64,000 nucleotides of DNA from Octopus sinensis. Taxonomy: Eukaryota. The stretch covers positions 3,596,001 to 3,660,000 of the forward strand of contig NC_043015.1 of NCBI RefSeq assembly GCF_006345805.1, given 5' to 3'. The stretch's first letter is position 1; every line of letters starts with the position of its first letter. Made by a program: the position numbers and the translations under genes. Positions 1 through 14,525 of the stretch are shown one piece after another. The notes under the pieces are model-generated. The model worked only from the letters and a program-made list of their open reading frames with translations, was not told where the DNA came from and did not search any database.

Positions 1-678
1 GAGAAAATTAAGTACAGGGCATACAAAACAAGGAAAGTTCCCCTTCTTCAGTCGCCTTAATTTCATCTACTCCATGTTTCGAAGGTCAAGGCGATACATG
101 ACTTCGATGGAAATTTCATTCCCGCTTAAATCAAATTAAATAAAATTTGAGATCTTTTTGCGGAGGTGTAAAAATGGTAACAAAAACAGGATAGTAACGT
201 CAGAACAAAATATAAACAGTAAAATACAGGACACGGAGAATAACAGTAACATAAACAAGAAGGGCTGTTAAGCCAAACGAGATAAACATTTTTTACGAAC
301 GCTATTTTTTTAGAACGGCAGAGAGCAACAGATTTTGTGTGTGTGTGTGTGTATTTATACATATATCTGAATCTTCTCTGCATGCAAGTAGCCTCAGTCT
401 CTCCGTAACCGAATATCAAACATTCAGCAAATAGTAACCATGTTATTTCATGAATTGCAGGGAACCACAAATTTAAAGTATCTATAGTGCATCGTGTCCT
501 TGCGTGGTTATATAACATTTCTAGTAGCTTGAAATTTTGCATGATATACGATTTGTAGTGTTTTGCATGATATACGATTTGTAGTGTTTTTTTTTTTAAT
601 ACGCCAGTGCTGCTGATGACACTGTTCCGGTTAAAGACTCCATTCACCACAATCCAGATGATTATAGTTTACACTTAC

Positions 679-857
679 CTAGCGGTTTATAAACGAGGTT
701 CTGATGGGAAGATTGATATACCTGTACAGGGGAATTCCATTGTTTCATTCTAAATCTCTGTCTGATAAAAGACGTTGCATTTCCAAAGTTTGGAAATATA
801 GTATCATCTAAGGAGAACTGTCTTTTCAAGGTTTCTGATCGACTTGGAGTCAGTGTA
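679..857 (-). CDS. Internal coding exon of an unidentified minus-strand gene that continues left of the window (TLTPSRSETLKRQFSLDDTIFPNFGNATSFIRQRFRMKQWNSPVQVYQSSHQNLVYKPL)
   Basis: Acceptor ctattttagttttcag, donor G|gtaagt. 179 nt = 1+177+1, giving an open phase 2->1 frame. Confidence 0.72.
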
Positions 858-2443
858 CTGAAAACTAAAATAGAATTTATGCTGTGTTTTACTCCTGTAG
901 CAGAGAGTGAGTTTATGGAAATAGTAGAATATTTAGATGCTTATAATAGAAAGGAAATCGTAATGTCGGATAATATTCTAGAGCAGGTTGGTTTCTCTGT
1001 ATGCTCTACCACAATTTCCAAATACAAATACTTACGTATCATTCTCGAGATGGACAGTAGATTTTACTCGTGATAAGATCTATACAAATGCGATAATATA
1101 AGATCTTCACAAATGTAATCATATTAGTTATATACAAATGCAATCATATGCTTGAAAATTCTAAAAAAGCTGGTGAACGTTTGAAAACCACTTTCAACAT
1201 ATCCAACCTCAGTAATTAAATAACAATATTCCGACTCTATTTTGTGTGTATTCGTTGAGTGACGGATATTATAGCTACATACAATAGTACCATAATAAAC
1301 CCTGTAATTATAATTTATCCAAAACTTAAGCATATATCCGTGCTTCATTTGGCCATTAAACCGACTAGAATCACTGAAGTGAAGATTGATTTAACTCTCT
1401 TCCTCTATGTATAGATGCAGGGATATAGTTAGGGACGAATTTGACAGAGAGTGAGAATGTGGAGATAATTAGAACCTGAACGGGGCTCATCAAGTGTTGA
1501 TGCATCACACTTCCTCATTTAAAAAAACCATGCGTAAGGGAATGAGCCTACTCCTGTCCAAAATACTTGTGTATTCGTATATATATGTAATTATGCAAAT
1601 AAGATATACAGCGTACTGCATCATTTCATTTCAGAAATTTTCATTTCAATGCGGCTGAATATTTCGTTCCAAACCAGGGTGGAAGTGTGGTGGAAATTTT
1701 GTTTCACCATAAACTGACAAAAAAAAATCGATTATAAAAATACTAGCCACACGTATTTCGGGATTGCGTCTCTGAATAAATTTGAACGTCCAGCCAGAAG
1801 GTTAGAAATTGATTCAATTGAATATTAATTGCATATTAATTATGATAGGAATGACAAGTGTATCCGAGTTTGAAAAAAATCCTTATATATTTTACTTTTG
1901 TTCATCTTGTTGTATGCGTGCCTTTGCAAAATATTAGAAACAGAGAGGGATCTCTACATTTTAAGCATAATGCAGACCACAATTTTCACTATACCAATAA
2001 ATATATACGTAATTTTATAGACGTAGAATCACATATACACTTTTTGACATGGACATATGTTGCCCATAGCCATTGATATGCGTGCGAAAGGAACCACCTC
2101 GATATATTGGTTGAATGCATATAAGCTGCCATGATTCATGTATTTGCAAAGCATATTACTACACGATGTATCATATGAATAATTTTCGTTTAGGTGTTAA
2201 ATTTATAACACATAATTGTATGGAAATTTCTACATCTGTTATTTATATTGGATTAAGTATGTCTTGTACTTTCCTCGAGTTCTATATAACGTCTTATGAG
2301 TCAGGCTTGGACTATTTTAATGCATGAATAATAATTATTCAATCATATTCAAGGTGGCAAGTGAATATATGTATAACCTCAACTACATTAATATCTATAC
2401 CTGTGTGTTTGTGTATTCACGCCTCTTATTTATACATGTTCGT

Positions 2444-2495
<52 letters not shown>

Positions 2496-3179
2496 ATATA
2501 TATATTATATTTATATATATACATATATATAATTTATATATAATTATATATATATATATTATAATATATATATATATAGTATTATATATATTATATATAC
2601 ACATATATAATTTATTTATTTGTATTTATATTTTGTGCGTGTGTCCTTGTGTATGTGTGCATGTATGCGCATGTGTCTGGTGTACTTACATACGTGTCTT
2701 TGCACGGGTGCATAAGTTACGATACACCTACGTTAATGCTGATGTTTATTTTCAGAACGATATTTATTGAATTGTTCCATACAAAAGAGATAAAAAATGG
2801 CATGTTTAATACTGCCAATAAATTATTAGATTTCTATGAACAGTTCACTTGATGCAATTATACTGCCTGTTCGTGTAGACTATTGTTATTTATGAATGCA
2901 TAGTAAGTTATTATAGAAATGAATATAGAAGTTAGCATAAAATAAATGACTTAAACAAAGAGCAGCCGCTAACTGAGATAGCAATGTTTTATATAATAAA
3001 GTTTCCTTCTAACTCTCTGAAGTTTACAGACATCAAAAGAATTAATTTTCGACGTTAAAACTACAAATATAGTAAAGTGACTTATGAGCTGAACTAAATA
3101 TACTGTTGCAGTAAACTATGTCCGCTTTTATCATTTGGAAATGTATGTGTAGTATTCTACCACCTACACATATAAGGCG

Positions 3180-3390
3180 TATCTTCGTTTCTACTCTATG
3201 CACAAGGCCCGAAGTTTTAGGGTAGGTGGCCAGTCAATCTGATTGACCTCAGTGCGCAAATGATACTTAAGTTATTGACACCTAAAGGATGAAATGTAAA
3301 GTTGACCTCGGCGGAATTTGAACCCAAAACATACAGACATATAAAATCCTGCTAAGCTTTTTGTCCGGTGCGCTAACATTTCTTCAAGGT
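3180..3390 (-). mobile_element. Degenerate tRNA-derived SINE monomer (family A)
   Basis: Contains the reverse complement of gttcaaattccgccgaggtcaactttacatttcatcc, matching the copies at 7425-7855. Confidence 0.65.
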
Positions 3391-3443
3391 TATCGGTATA
3401 TTATGTGCTGCGTGCTTAAATGCATTTAAACATGTTATATTTA

Positions 3444-3993
3444 TTGGGTTGTCCGGAAAGTTCATGCAGATTTGTAGTAGCTTACCTTTCGACTTATTTT
3501 AGGTTTGACTACACCTCAATTTAGAGTACAATTGAAGATGTCTTTTCGTGGAGGGAATTTGATGTTCCTATGAACTGTGTTAACTCTGTAACCATTTAAA
3601 ATAGAAGATAAGAAATCTCACTTTCGGCACTTGATGCTTTGGGAAGCAGACAAAAATTGCTGGAGCTCGGCTGGGATGTGTTCTCCCCCCTACATCCATA
3701 CCCTAAATATTCACCAGATATTGCTCCTTCGGATTTCCACATATTCAGGTCTCTGCGGAATAGATTTAATGGTAAAAATTTCAATTCCTTAGATGATGTA
3801 AAAAGATACGTCGATGAATTTTTTGCCATGAAACCACCTCAATTCTGAGAAGGTATTTTAAAGTTAAAAGGAAAGATCGATTCGCATTGTGCAACAAAAT
3901 GGTTCATATTTGGTTGATTAAAAATGTAATGCCAAGTATTTATTGACCTTTTTCTTTCCTTTAAAAATCGGCATAAAGTTCCGGACCACTTAT
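3444..3993 (+). mobile_element. Internally deleted non-autonomous mariner (TIRs plus C-terminal transposase remnant)
   Basis: Imperfect TIRs ttgggttgtccggaaagttcatgcagattt / aaatcggcataaagttccggaccactta. Remnant LLELGWDVFSPLHPYPKYSPDIAPSDFHIFRSL carries the mariner YSPDxAPxD motif. Confidence 0.9.
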
Positions 3994-4950
3994 TACAGAG
4001 GTAGGACTATGTGTGCGCGCGCGTATATATATATATATATACACACACACAACTACATCTATACATTTTTTATATTTTAATACTTCCCCTTATACATAAT
4101 TAAAATTATACTATGGTTGTGCTATTTTGCCTGTACAAATATTGCAAATTTTGCAAAAAATATTCGTTACGTTATTTGTCAAAGTTTTAACGTTAGTTTT
4201 ATTCTAAGAAGATTTCAGGCGCCCTTATCTACCGCAAATTCAGATTAAATTTTTCATTCAATTATGAAGCACTACTCTATATAAAGATGACTTATCAACT
4301 TTAGTCGAGAGTTAAGACGTCTACTAGCATAGGATTGTGTTACAGCAAAAATTGATTAACTAATGTAAAACTGCGAGTATAAAATATTCCGTACGCAGAT
4401 CAACAAAAATATCTGGACCAGACAGAAATGCAATGGGCTGTTAAACAAAGACATATAAAATTGAACACCGTTGAATATATAAGTTGTACATGATTATAGG
4501 CTAAGAATGTACCCATAAAAACAACTGTAATTTTTGAAATATTCTCCAAGTAATAGCTAAGTCTGATGTAAAATTTAGAGAGAGCTGACATGCCCTCAGT
4601 TTGACGGCTACAAAATAGTAATGAACCGTCGCTTGCAAATAATGTATCACCTAACCAATCACCGAGAGAGGAAATCATGTAATCAAAATATATACAAAAT
4701 ATACACAAATTACGCTATTATAAAACAGAACATGGCATTATGAAACTAGTAGAAAGCTCAGAAACTTTGCTCTTCGGGGACTATATAATTCTAACATAGT
4801 CACACCACCCATGCAAAGATATTTATTGAAGCAATAAAACAGAAACAATATATCACAAAATTCATAGTTTCCAGAATGAAAGTACACACAAAGCCTGAAC
4901 GACTCGGAAGAAGTGTGATGCTGTTGTCTGAAATATTCCTGCGTGTGTGT

Positions 4951-5050
4951 NNNNNNNNNNNNNNNNNNNNNNNNNNNNNNNNNNNNNNNNNNNNNNNNNN
5001 NNNNNNNNNNNNNNNNNNNNNNNNNNNNNNNNNNNNNNNNNNNNNNNNNN
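4951..5050. other. Assembly gap (100 N)
   Basis: Run of N flanked by (TG)n and (TA)n. Confidence 1.
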
Positions 5051-5077
5051 TTAATATATAATATATATATATATATA

Positions 5078-5115
<38 letters not shown>

Positions 5116-5592
5116 TATTATATATATTATATATATTATTTATGTATATATGTATATAGATGTGTGTGTGTAACCATGAATGTATAATTACCACAAGGCA
5201 ACACACTGTGGCTGTAGTACGAGAAAACTCATTTGTAGCGACGTGTCAAAACAAAACTGGCAAATGGGACGCCCATATAATGTCACTTCCGACTCATCGA
5301 TATTATATGATTAACTACACAGTAATAGAGATAGGAATCATTCCTTAAACGTAATTAAGAAAGCATAATACAATCAGAATCTATCAAATTACTATAGGTA
5401 CGATTAGTCAAATAATATATTTTTATGTCTCTGATTCTTCGCACTTTTTCTATCTTTGCTTCTCTTTTCTCCTCTCTCTGTTTATCCGTGCATATATATA
5501 TATGGTATATACATATGTATGTGTATATATATATATATGTACACACAAACACATAAATATATAGATTGATATATATACCAATAGATAGATAA

Positions 5593-5715
<123 letters not shown>

Positions 5716-6524
5716 CTGTGAAGCATTGTGTAGAATATATGTATAAAAGATCGTGGGTAATGCTAAGTAAATACAAGGTAAATCACACGAAAACAACTGT
5801 CTTTTTGAATAAAGACTAACTTTATACACAATATTTCGGGGTTAAAACCCCGTTTTCAACTGTTTGTATGGGTGTGTGTGTATCCATGTATATGTATATT
5901 TGCATATGTGTGCATGTGTGGCCGCTATGTGCGCAAGAAATACATAAGGGTTCCAGCTACTATATGTGGGTATGTATGAAAGATGAAAAAAAACACTTGA
6001 TCACGTTCCCGTAGCGTTTCGACAAATAATTCCTAGACTTAATTGTTCGACTAAAATCCTTGTAGGTTGTGCTGCCGAATGGCCAGAGTGCAGCATGGAC
6101 GGAGTACAACATAGCCGGAGTGATATAAGTAAAAGAATAAAAGATAATCTTTTTGGCAATACATATATCCATACACTAACGTTTACAAAAAAATATGGGA
6201 TCTGATAGACTAAGTCATTATATCAAATTCGACCTTGCATACGTTCAAGTATTTTCCACAGGTAGGTGAAAAGAGTAATAGGAACACAAGTACTTCACAT
6301 GTGATATCTTATCACATAATATAGTGTATATATTAGCTTCGTTCGTTATGCCAGCTGATTTGAAAAAAAATCCATTTTCATAGCCTGTTTTCGATGGCTC
6401 GATAACTGAAGAGTTGAAGTGGATTTCTGCCCAAACATACGAAACTCGGATTTTTATCATGGCTACCAAATAATTGTCACATATTAAATTTATATATATA
6501 TATTTATATATATATTTATATCTG

Positions 6525-6605
<81 letters not shown>

Positions 6606-6710
6606 TTATCTATCAACCTATCTATCTATCTATCTCTCTATCTCCCTCTCTCTCTCTCTATCTCTCTCTCTCTTTCTATCTATCTATATATATATATATA
6701 TATATATATA
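6525..6710. repeat. Compound (TCTA)n/(TC)n/(TA)n microsatellite
   Basis: Seen directly. Confidence 0.95.
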
Positions 6711-7424
6711 AATTTATGTACATTTAAACACGAAAAGAGGTGACCCTTAACAGCCCCCTTTACATGCCTGAAGGAATATTCAAAAGCCCAAAACCATAGT
6801 TAAATGCAATTTCGATCGGAAGGAAGAATAGAAACATTTACCATGTTTTACAGGCGATCCTATGTTTGGAAATTTAATTAGCAAATAAAATAATTTTATT
6901 AATCGAAGTTCTCATCAGTGGGTACGCCAAAGAATAGCATAATATTTAGAGACAGAATAACACATCTCATAATTAAATAAGAGGTTTTAGTATCCAGAAA
7001 ACCCATGATGGCATGTAAGGCTATGTAAGTGATACGGGAGGACGGTAGTTAAACTTTGAATTCGATAAAAATATGCGGCTCTCTCGTGAGCATATGCATT
7101 TTAAATGAAATGAGAGAACAAAACCAAGTGTGAGTGGAAGTTATAGGACATATGTAAATTTAAAGATAGTCTTACAGTTGTTTGCGAGATATTAGTTTTA
7201 TCTCTTCCTCAGAGACGATATAATTGTTAAATAGCGGAATATATATATAAAGATAAAAAGAAATACTGGTAATAACTGCAGAAATCAAGCGTCTGCAAGC
7301 ATCGCAAATATTTTCCACCCTATAATTATATAAAATCTATGTGTGCGTCTTCAAGGATTTCGGGTATCCTCCATCCAATTGCGCTCAAATTTGATATGTA
7401 GATACCGGCGGTATCAGAGCGTCT

Positions 7425-7855
7425 GGCAGAATCGTTTAGGTGGCGAGCTGGCAGAATCGTTAGCACGCCGGGCAAAATGCTTCGCGGTATTTTGTCTGCG
7501 TTACGTTGTGAGTTCAAATTCCGCCGAGGTTGACTTTGCCTTTCATCCTTTCGGGGTCGATAAATTAAGTACCAGATACGCACTGGGGTCGATGTAATCG
7601 ATTTAATACCTATGTCTGTCCTTGTTTGTCCCCTCTGTGTTTAGCCCCTTGTGGGTAATAAAGAAATATGTATTTTGTCTGCCGCTACGTTCTGGGTTCA
7701 AATTCCGCCGAGGTCGACTTTGCCTTTCATCCTTTCGGGGTCGATTAAATAAGTACCAGTTACACACTGGGGTCGATATAATCGACTTAATCCGTTTGTC
7801 TATCCTTGTTTGTCCTCTCTGTGTTTAGCCTCTTGTGGGTAGTAAAAAAAAAATA
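7425..7855 (+). mobile_element. Dimeric tRNA-derived SINE (family A) with 15-bp target-site duplication
   Basis: A-box-like tggcagaatcgttag and B-box-like gagttcaaattc. The body ttgcctttcatcctttcggggtcgataaattaagtaccag occurs twice. TSD ggtatcagagcgtct at 7410-7424 and 7856-7870. Confidence 0.9.
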
Positions 7856-8418
7856 GGTATCAGAGCGTCTATAAGTCTTGAAAAAATTACAAAAATCAAT
7901 TCCAGGTCAGAATGCGATCGATAAAGCCGTTTTGTCCTGTTTCCTTCCGCCACCCTGTACATAGCTACACTTCCAAATTCTGTGTTGTTTTTGTTCTGCT
8001 TAAAGGCACATTTCTTTTCTGCCAAGCATACTGTTTAAACCACGTTTGTGTTCTACCTGTCAACAGCCTTATCATTACTGGTACTTTAAATTCTTCGGTT
8101 TTATATTTGTGTGAATAAAATCCTGTGAATAAAATCCTGTTGCTGGTGTCTCAAATAAGTGTTTCTCAAAAGGGAGGCCTATGTGACGGTCGGACGGTGT
8201 TTTGAGAAAATTTGGTTCAAATATTTGATAACTAAGCAACGTCCATTGAACGGAGGGCGTTTTGCTCGTATGGAGAGAGAGATAGAAAGAGATAGACAGA
8301 TAGATACACAGATACATAGATAGATAAAGGTGTTACACAGTGAGAAAGAGAGAGAAAGAGAGAGAGATGAATTATCGTATGTGCGTTTCTTTTTAGTTTA
8401 TAAATAGTATTCACCTAC

Positions 8419-8577
8419 TGCTTTCTAAAATATTTTGTTTCCATTTTCACTGCGTAAATTTCTTTGTAACTTCCTTTTAGAACAGGTGACTTCGCTGCAT
8501 GCTAATCTGGCAATTAGAGTCTTTGCAGCTAGACGGCAGCTAGACAGGAGATTCTGTTTCTTTTAACAGAATGGACT
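8419..8577 (-). CDS. Candidate exon (UTR plus METKYFRK, ATG at 8444) that could splice in phase to 679-857
   Basis: Acceptor gtgtcttactttcag. Tandem donors CA|gtaggt (8419) and AG|gtgaat (8415). All frames from the acceptor contain stops, so it would be mostly non-coding. Confidence 0.3.
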
Positions 8578-9538
8578 CTGAAAGTAAGACACAAATTAAA
8601 ACAATAGTGAAGTATCATGACAATATCCATTCAAAAACAATATCCAAAGGAAACAATCAGCACTATAAAAGAATAGAAGTAATCCTCATTCTTTTAGTAT
8701 TGGAAGCAAATTGAGTAGACCGTAAATAACATTCATCAACAACAGAACGAAACGCAATTTGTTGAAGAAATTTACAACAATGCATATACATGTGTGTGTC
8801 TCTGCCTGTGTATGTGCGCGCTTGCTGCTTTTGTATGTGCGTACGTCTGCATTTGTCTCTTTGTGTGTGTGTCTGTCTGTGTCTTTGTAGGTGTTTGCGT
8901 GTGAGTGTGGGTGTTTGTGTGTCTGTGTGTCTGTTTTTCTGTCTGTGTTTAAGTAGGTATGTATCAAGCTAAAGATTGAGAAAAATATAGATAGACAGAC
9001 TGATTGATACATAGGCGCATAGATTAATTCCAAAATGCTAAAAAAAAAAATTGCGACGTAACACATGTTCAGTTAGAATGAGTTCAAAAACATTAGCAGC
9101 AGAATCTTTCAATGAAAATACTGACAGCAAGGAAGTAATATAAGTACATAATAATGCTAAAGAAGGAGCTAACAACTTGATTTGATGACGACGGCAGAGA
9201 CAATGAAAACAATAAAAACAGTACAACAATAATACAAAGAGTTTGTTTATTAAGCACAAGGACTTTCAATTTTTAACAGATGTTATAACATAATGTCAAA
9301 GCGTACAATACATTGTGAGTGTTTGTATAGTTTTGATAACAAACAAAATAGAAGCACAATATAATAGCTAAATCCAATGAACAAAATTCATTAATACAAA
9401 ATAATAAAGCTCAGATGCAACAAGAAACATGAAACAATCTTTAATTCGATAGGATTCAAACTAAGTGCAAATCCGCTTCCTTAATTTCCTTTTCGCCCGG
9501 CTTATAGATGCTGGGGTGAGGCAATTCATTTTCACCCC

Positions 9539-9855
9539 AAGGCGGCGAGCTGGCAGAATCGTTAGCACGCTGGGCGAAATGAGTAGCCGTATTTCGTTGC
9601 CTTTCATACTTTCGGGGTCGATTAAATAAGTACCAGTTACGCACTGGACTCGATGTAATCGACTTAATCCTTTTGTCTGTCCTTGTTTGCCCCCTCTGTG
9701 TTTAGCCCGTTGTGGATAGTAAAGGAATAGGTATTTAGTCCGCCGCTACGTTCTGATTTCATATACCGCCAAGGTCGACTTTGCTTTTCATCCTTTCGGG
9801 GACGATAAATTAAGTACCAGTGACGCACTGGGGTCGACATAATCGACTTAATCCG
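9539..9855 (+). mobile_element. Dimeric SINE (family A), first unit internally deleted
   Basis: Same head ggcggcgagctggcagaatcgttagcacg and two bodies, as at 7425-7855. Confidence 0.88.
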
Positions 9856-10670
9856 GTCAGACCAATTTCTTGTTCTGAAATTATTCTCCAAAATAAGACA
9901 TCGCGCTTCAAGTCTCTATATCATCGGGTGACAAATGGCGCTTTCAGTTACTCACATGTTGAATTTATTTTAATGATTGACCAAAACACATGTAGTTGTA
10001 TATTATGGCAAATGATACACATTTATGCATCTTTTGCAACGTACTGCAACGTATATGAACCGATGTCAATGAAACTGGAATAATTCATAAGCAACATTAT
10101 TTACAACGTAATGCGCATCACTTGCTTTTTGTACTGTCATAGAATGTAATCCGATTGCTAATTTTTATTGTAGATAATTTTAATATTTACTGAAGTCAAA
10201 ATTATCTGAAAGTTGAACTCATTGAGAATTAATGACTCCGTTACAAATAACCATGTTGTCTTTGATTTCTTGGATAAGTACCATACTATAAATTGAAACT
10301 GCAGGATGCATATTCTTCTGGGTTGTCTTTTTAGACTTCCGTTCCCATCGAAATTTCTTCACATTTCGACTTATCCGCCTGCAAGTTTTTATGCATCTAA
10401 AGGAAATTCAGTTGGACTTTGCTTGAAGTGGATTTGGACTGCTGCCCTTTTAATTAATGCATTCACTCTCATTCATCATAGCTTTTCACTTGTCATGTGA
10501 AAGCCTTTAAACTACAACTATTTCATCTTCGTGATTGTCATATTCTTCTCTTTATCCAGCTTCATCAGCATTCAAATCAGTTGCTATTATTCCTAATTCT
10601 GTAACATGCTATTCCTACAGCTAAACTTTCGTTGATATTCATGTATTTTGAAAGACGTTTCCCATCAAAA

Positions 10671-10867
10671 TTATTTGCTATTTCCGTCGCAAAGGGCCTC
10701 TAAAATTTGTTTGCATTCAAGCAACTCATCAACTCCTTCTTCGAGTTGTAAATGTGTCTTCGAAATCGTTTTCAAAATATTCACCAGATTTAAATTCGAA
10801 CAACATGACAGGTTTCTGCTTATACCACGCATCTTAAAAGCGAATTGTTCCACATACTCCTCAACAT
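10671..10867 (-). CDS. Putative terminal coding exon E13 of the unknown membrane-protein gene (DVEEYVEQFAFKMRG...KQILEALCDGNSK*)
   Basis: Strong acceptor ttttgttgtgtttttag. Single long open frame, phase 1, ending in TAA at 10671-10673. AATAAA on the minus strand at 10164-10169. Confidence 0.72.
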
Positions 10868-11234
10868 CTAAAAACACAACAAAAATTGTTAGACACTTTA
10901 ATGTCAGCGAAAGATTTGCAGTAATGAAAATATATTTGTCACCTACTCAGTAGAATATTTACATGTAATTTGGGGATTGATTTCAGATCGATAACTCACG
11001 TACAGTGAAGTGGTAAATAATATCTCATTAGACGAGTTCGGCTTAGAAAAACGATGATATCCTGTGTAAGAATTTTTTTTCGATATTTTATTGCACATAT
11101 AGGCGTTGGCCGCTCTAGCCTCTGGCGCAAATAATACGGAAATCTGGGTTGCATTTTGTAAATTAGCATCAATAATATTCATTTGTATAATCATTAGAAA
11201 TATTTTATCTACAACAATCCGTTTCTCCCATTAC

Positions 11235-11289
11235 CGAGGTACATTTCACATTCTAATATGATGACATCCAGTTCAACCATTGAAAAATC
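11235..11289 (-). CDS. Putative exon E12 (DFSMVELDVIILECEMYL)
   Basis: Acceptor aatttcactgccag, donor G|gtaatg. 55 nt, phase 0->1, which fits both E11 and E13. Confidence 0.55.
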
Positions 11290-12024
11290 CTGGCAGTGAA
11301 ATTGGAATAAATTTCTATATTCACATGTACTTGTCCATATAATCTTCCAAATGAAATATATTTTTGTTTCTTTTTATTAGTTTTTCGGTGAACGACTCAC
11401 ATCAAATGAGAGATTCAATCATCAGATGCCATGGAATAACTATAGTCCAGTGCATATTTTAAATGACGCTTCATACGTTTGCACAAAACCATACGCATAT
11501 GAATGGGTATGCACATATTCGAACTCTGCATATACGTACATGTAATAAATATGCGTAAATTGCAAATAAATGAAATTAAGTAGTAAAAATATTCTGTCTG
11601 TATTAATTTTGATGCTCTTTTAGAAAGGCGATGTAAAGAAATGATATTGAAGCGAATTGCCCACAGAGGAGTTATTTATATCTAATACATCTAACGCTAT
11701 TTCAGTACAGAAACTAAATTTCTGAAAGCAATAGAATAGATATATAAACGAGTACTATAAAACGGCAGTAAATCTAGCGAACAAGCTGACAATGTGAATA
11801 ATTGTAATGCCCATGTCTCATAATGCATATTATGTATGTAGATAGGTCATCCATTCGCACGAAGACAACAGATACACATTAGTTGTTTAGGAATGATTTA
11901 AGGAATCGCAGGAACTGAAATAACGTTATAAGAATAATAAAAACCGTACATGTATAGATGTGTGTGATTGTGTGTATACGCGTGTGTGCGTGGATGTGAG
12001 TGCTGTAGGTATTATGTGTATGAT

Positions 12025-12070
<46 letters not shown>

Positions 12071-12142
12071 TTTACGCGAGAAAGAAGCAACAAATTTAAA
12101 TTAACTTGAATCTTTATGCTTTTTGTATATATAATATATATA

Positions 12143-12196
<54 letters not shown>

Positions 12197-12208
12197 ACAC
12201 ACACACAT

Positions 12209-12266
<58 letters not shown>

Positions 12267-13235
12267 ATATACATACCAAAAATTGGACTGCTGCCTTTAA
12301 AAAAAGATATATATATATATATATATACATATATATGTAAGTATATATGTACTGGATGGAGCATGGATTTTTGTCAGTGAACAGGTCGCGGTCTTAAAGC
12401 AACGAAAATATTTTGACAAATTAAACTTAAATGGTGAAGTGAATTAAACGGCTTGTATATAGATATATATATATATATATGTCTAATGAACGGCAACGAG
12501 AAACTCAGAGTAACAGATTTTGTTGAATTTTCTGCTGCTTAAAATAAAGTATATATATATATATATACAATCGAGGCGTCTCATCTGCCAGTTGTGAAGT
12601 ACATTGTGATGGACGTTGTTAGACAATATGTCTTCAGCATGTGTACACAAACACAGAAATAAACACATACTCGTACGAACATACACACACAAATATATGG
12701 AATCACAGAACACACCAATTATGTATATTCGTAATAAAAACTAAAATAGCAACACGTGGTATCACTTTGGATCATTTAATTATAATGCAAATATAAGACA
12801 GAATAGTTATAGTAAATACGTAAAGTCTCTTACAGGAGATTTTAGAATAGATAATCATGTCGGGCAGGTGGAATTGAGTAAAGTTTTCCCCGGGGAGAAA
12901 GTGAGAGAGAGAGAGAGAAGATGGAGAGGGGGAGATAAATAAAGCATTACAAACGTAAAGGACACAAAATTTTTTACCAGCGCATCAAAGAAATAGGGAG
13001 TGTCCTAACTCAAAATATGATAGAGAATGGTAGTTCTATGATTGAAAATATCCTAATTGAAAGACGATAAAAATTACTAGTTCTATCTTTGAAGAGAAAG
13101 TGAGCTATCTATGAGTGGAAGGCCTTCAAGAATGTACGTCAGTGTGAAAGGAACATAGAGGCCCTAATGTACGTACTATTCTGTATTTACACTCATGTAG
13201 TTCTTCCTGTATGTTACTTTCACACAAACATGTAT

Positions 13236-13295
<60 letters not shown>

Positions 13296-13373
13296 GTGAA
13301 AAGGAACACACGAGTTGATATATATGAAAAAACAAGTAAAAAATAGAAAATGCTAAAATAATTTTATAGTGAA

Positions 13374-13421
13374 CATTTCGTACCGGTTTCGGTCATTTTG
13401 AGAACCCTTTTCAACTGTAAC
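13374..13421 (-). ncRNA. Degenerate minimal type I hammerhead ribozyme motif (left arm copy, U3-A8 core)
   Basis: Minus strand reads CAG-UUGAAAA-GGGUUCUCAAAAUGACC-GAAA-CCGG-UA-CGAAAUG. Stems I and II carry indels. Confidence 0.45.
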
Positions 13422-13895
13422 GATTAAATAATTAAATTTAGAAAAATTAGAAGAAAAGTTTTTTTAAAAGAATATTTCTATAGTAGTGTTCAGATTTAAG
13501 TGGCATTCTGCCTTTCTCTGACTCCCTGTTTGCACTTGTGTGTTCGAGGTAGTTGTGAGTTCTTGGTAGGGTAGTAGAGGGAAGGCTGGTGAGGAAAGGG
13601 GGGTGGGTGAATCTGGGAGTGCCCTGATGGTCGTATTTTGAATGGTCAGTGGCGGCTGGCAGTCTCAGTTCAATTCAGGAGAATATTTATATTGACAGGC
13701 TTGTTTATAGAATTAGCGTAGGTGTTATACTAAAAAACATTAGTGACAAACTTAAGGGGTAGGGGGTGGAGAAGAAGAAGAAGAAGAAGAAGAAGAAGAA
13801 GGAGAAGGAGAAGGAGAAGATGACGATGATGGTGATGGTGGTGATGATTATGACGACTATGATGATGATTACCACACCGCATCAAAAAAGAATTT

Positions 13896-14525
13896 GTGAT
13901 AGAAGGGGTTAAATTCATCCTGGAAAATAACTTCTTCGCCTTCAATGACAACTTCTACCGACAAAAATCGGGGACTGCGATGGGTACACGAATGGCCCCC
14001 TCCTTTGCCAACCTAGTCATAGGATACCTAGAGATCAGTCTGTATCGTAAGGTTCTAGAAAGATATGGCAGCCTTTTCTCCATCTACATAGAAAACAACT
14101 GGAAGAGATATCTACATGACTGTTTCATCCTTTGGCATAAAAATATAGAAAAACTCATAGAATTCCAGAAAATTTTTAACGGACTGGACGTAAACATCCA
14201 ATTCACGATGGAATATAGCCAACAACAACTCCCCTTCCTCGATATCCTCATTAAGAAAGCTAATAATATAATAGAAACAGACATATACTATAAGCCTACA
14301 GACTCTAAGCAATATCTTCCATTCAATTCATGCCACCCCAGACACACCAGGATAAATATCCCCTTCAATCTAGCAAAAAGGATATGCACTATAGTCTCTA
14401 ACGCAAACACCAGAGACACACGACTACAAGAACTCAAAGATACCCTAATCACCAGGAACTATCCACCTTCACTTATTGACAAATGCATTCAACGTGCCCT
14501 TCAACTTAACATCAAGGAAAACTGA
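13896..14525 (+). pseudogene. Penelope-like reverse transcriptase fragment, inactive
   Basis: QKSGTAMGTRMAPSFANL and FLDILI...YYKPTDSKQYLPFNSCHP motifs. The catalytic YxDD is changed to YLHD. Frameshifted CxxC/YIGQT nuclease remnants follow at ~14780-15050. Confidence 0.9.

Noticed and set aside
126-650. 174-aa minus-strand ORF
   Set aside because: GTG start, runs through a (CA)n and a tandem duplication, has no splice support and no recognisable motif.
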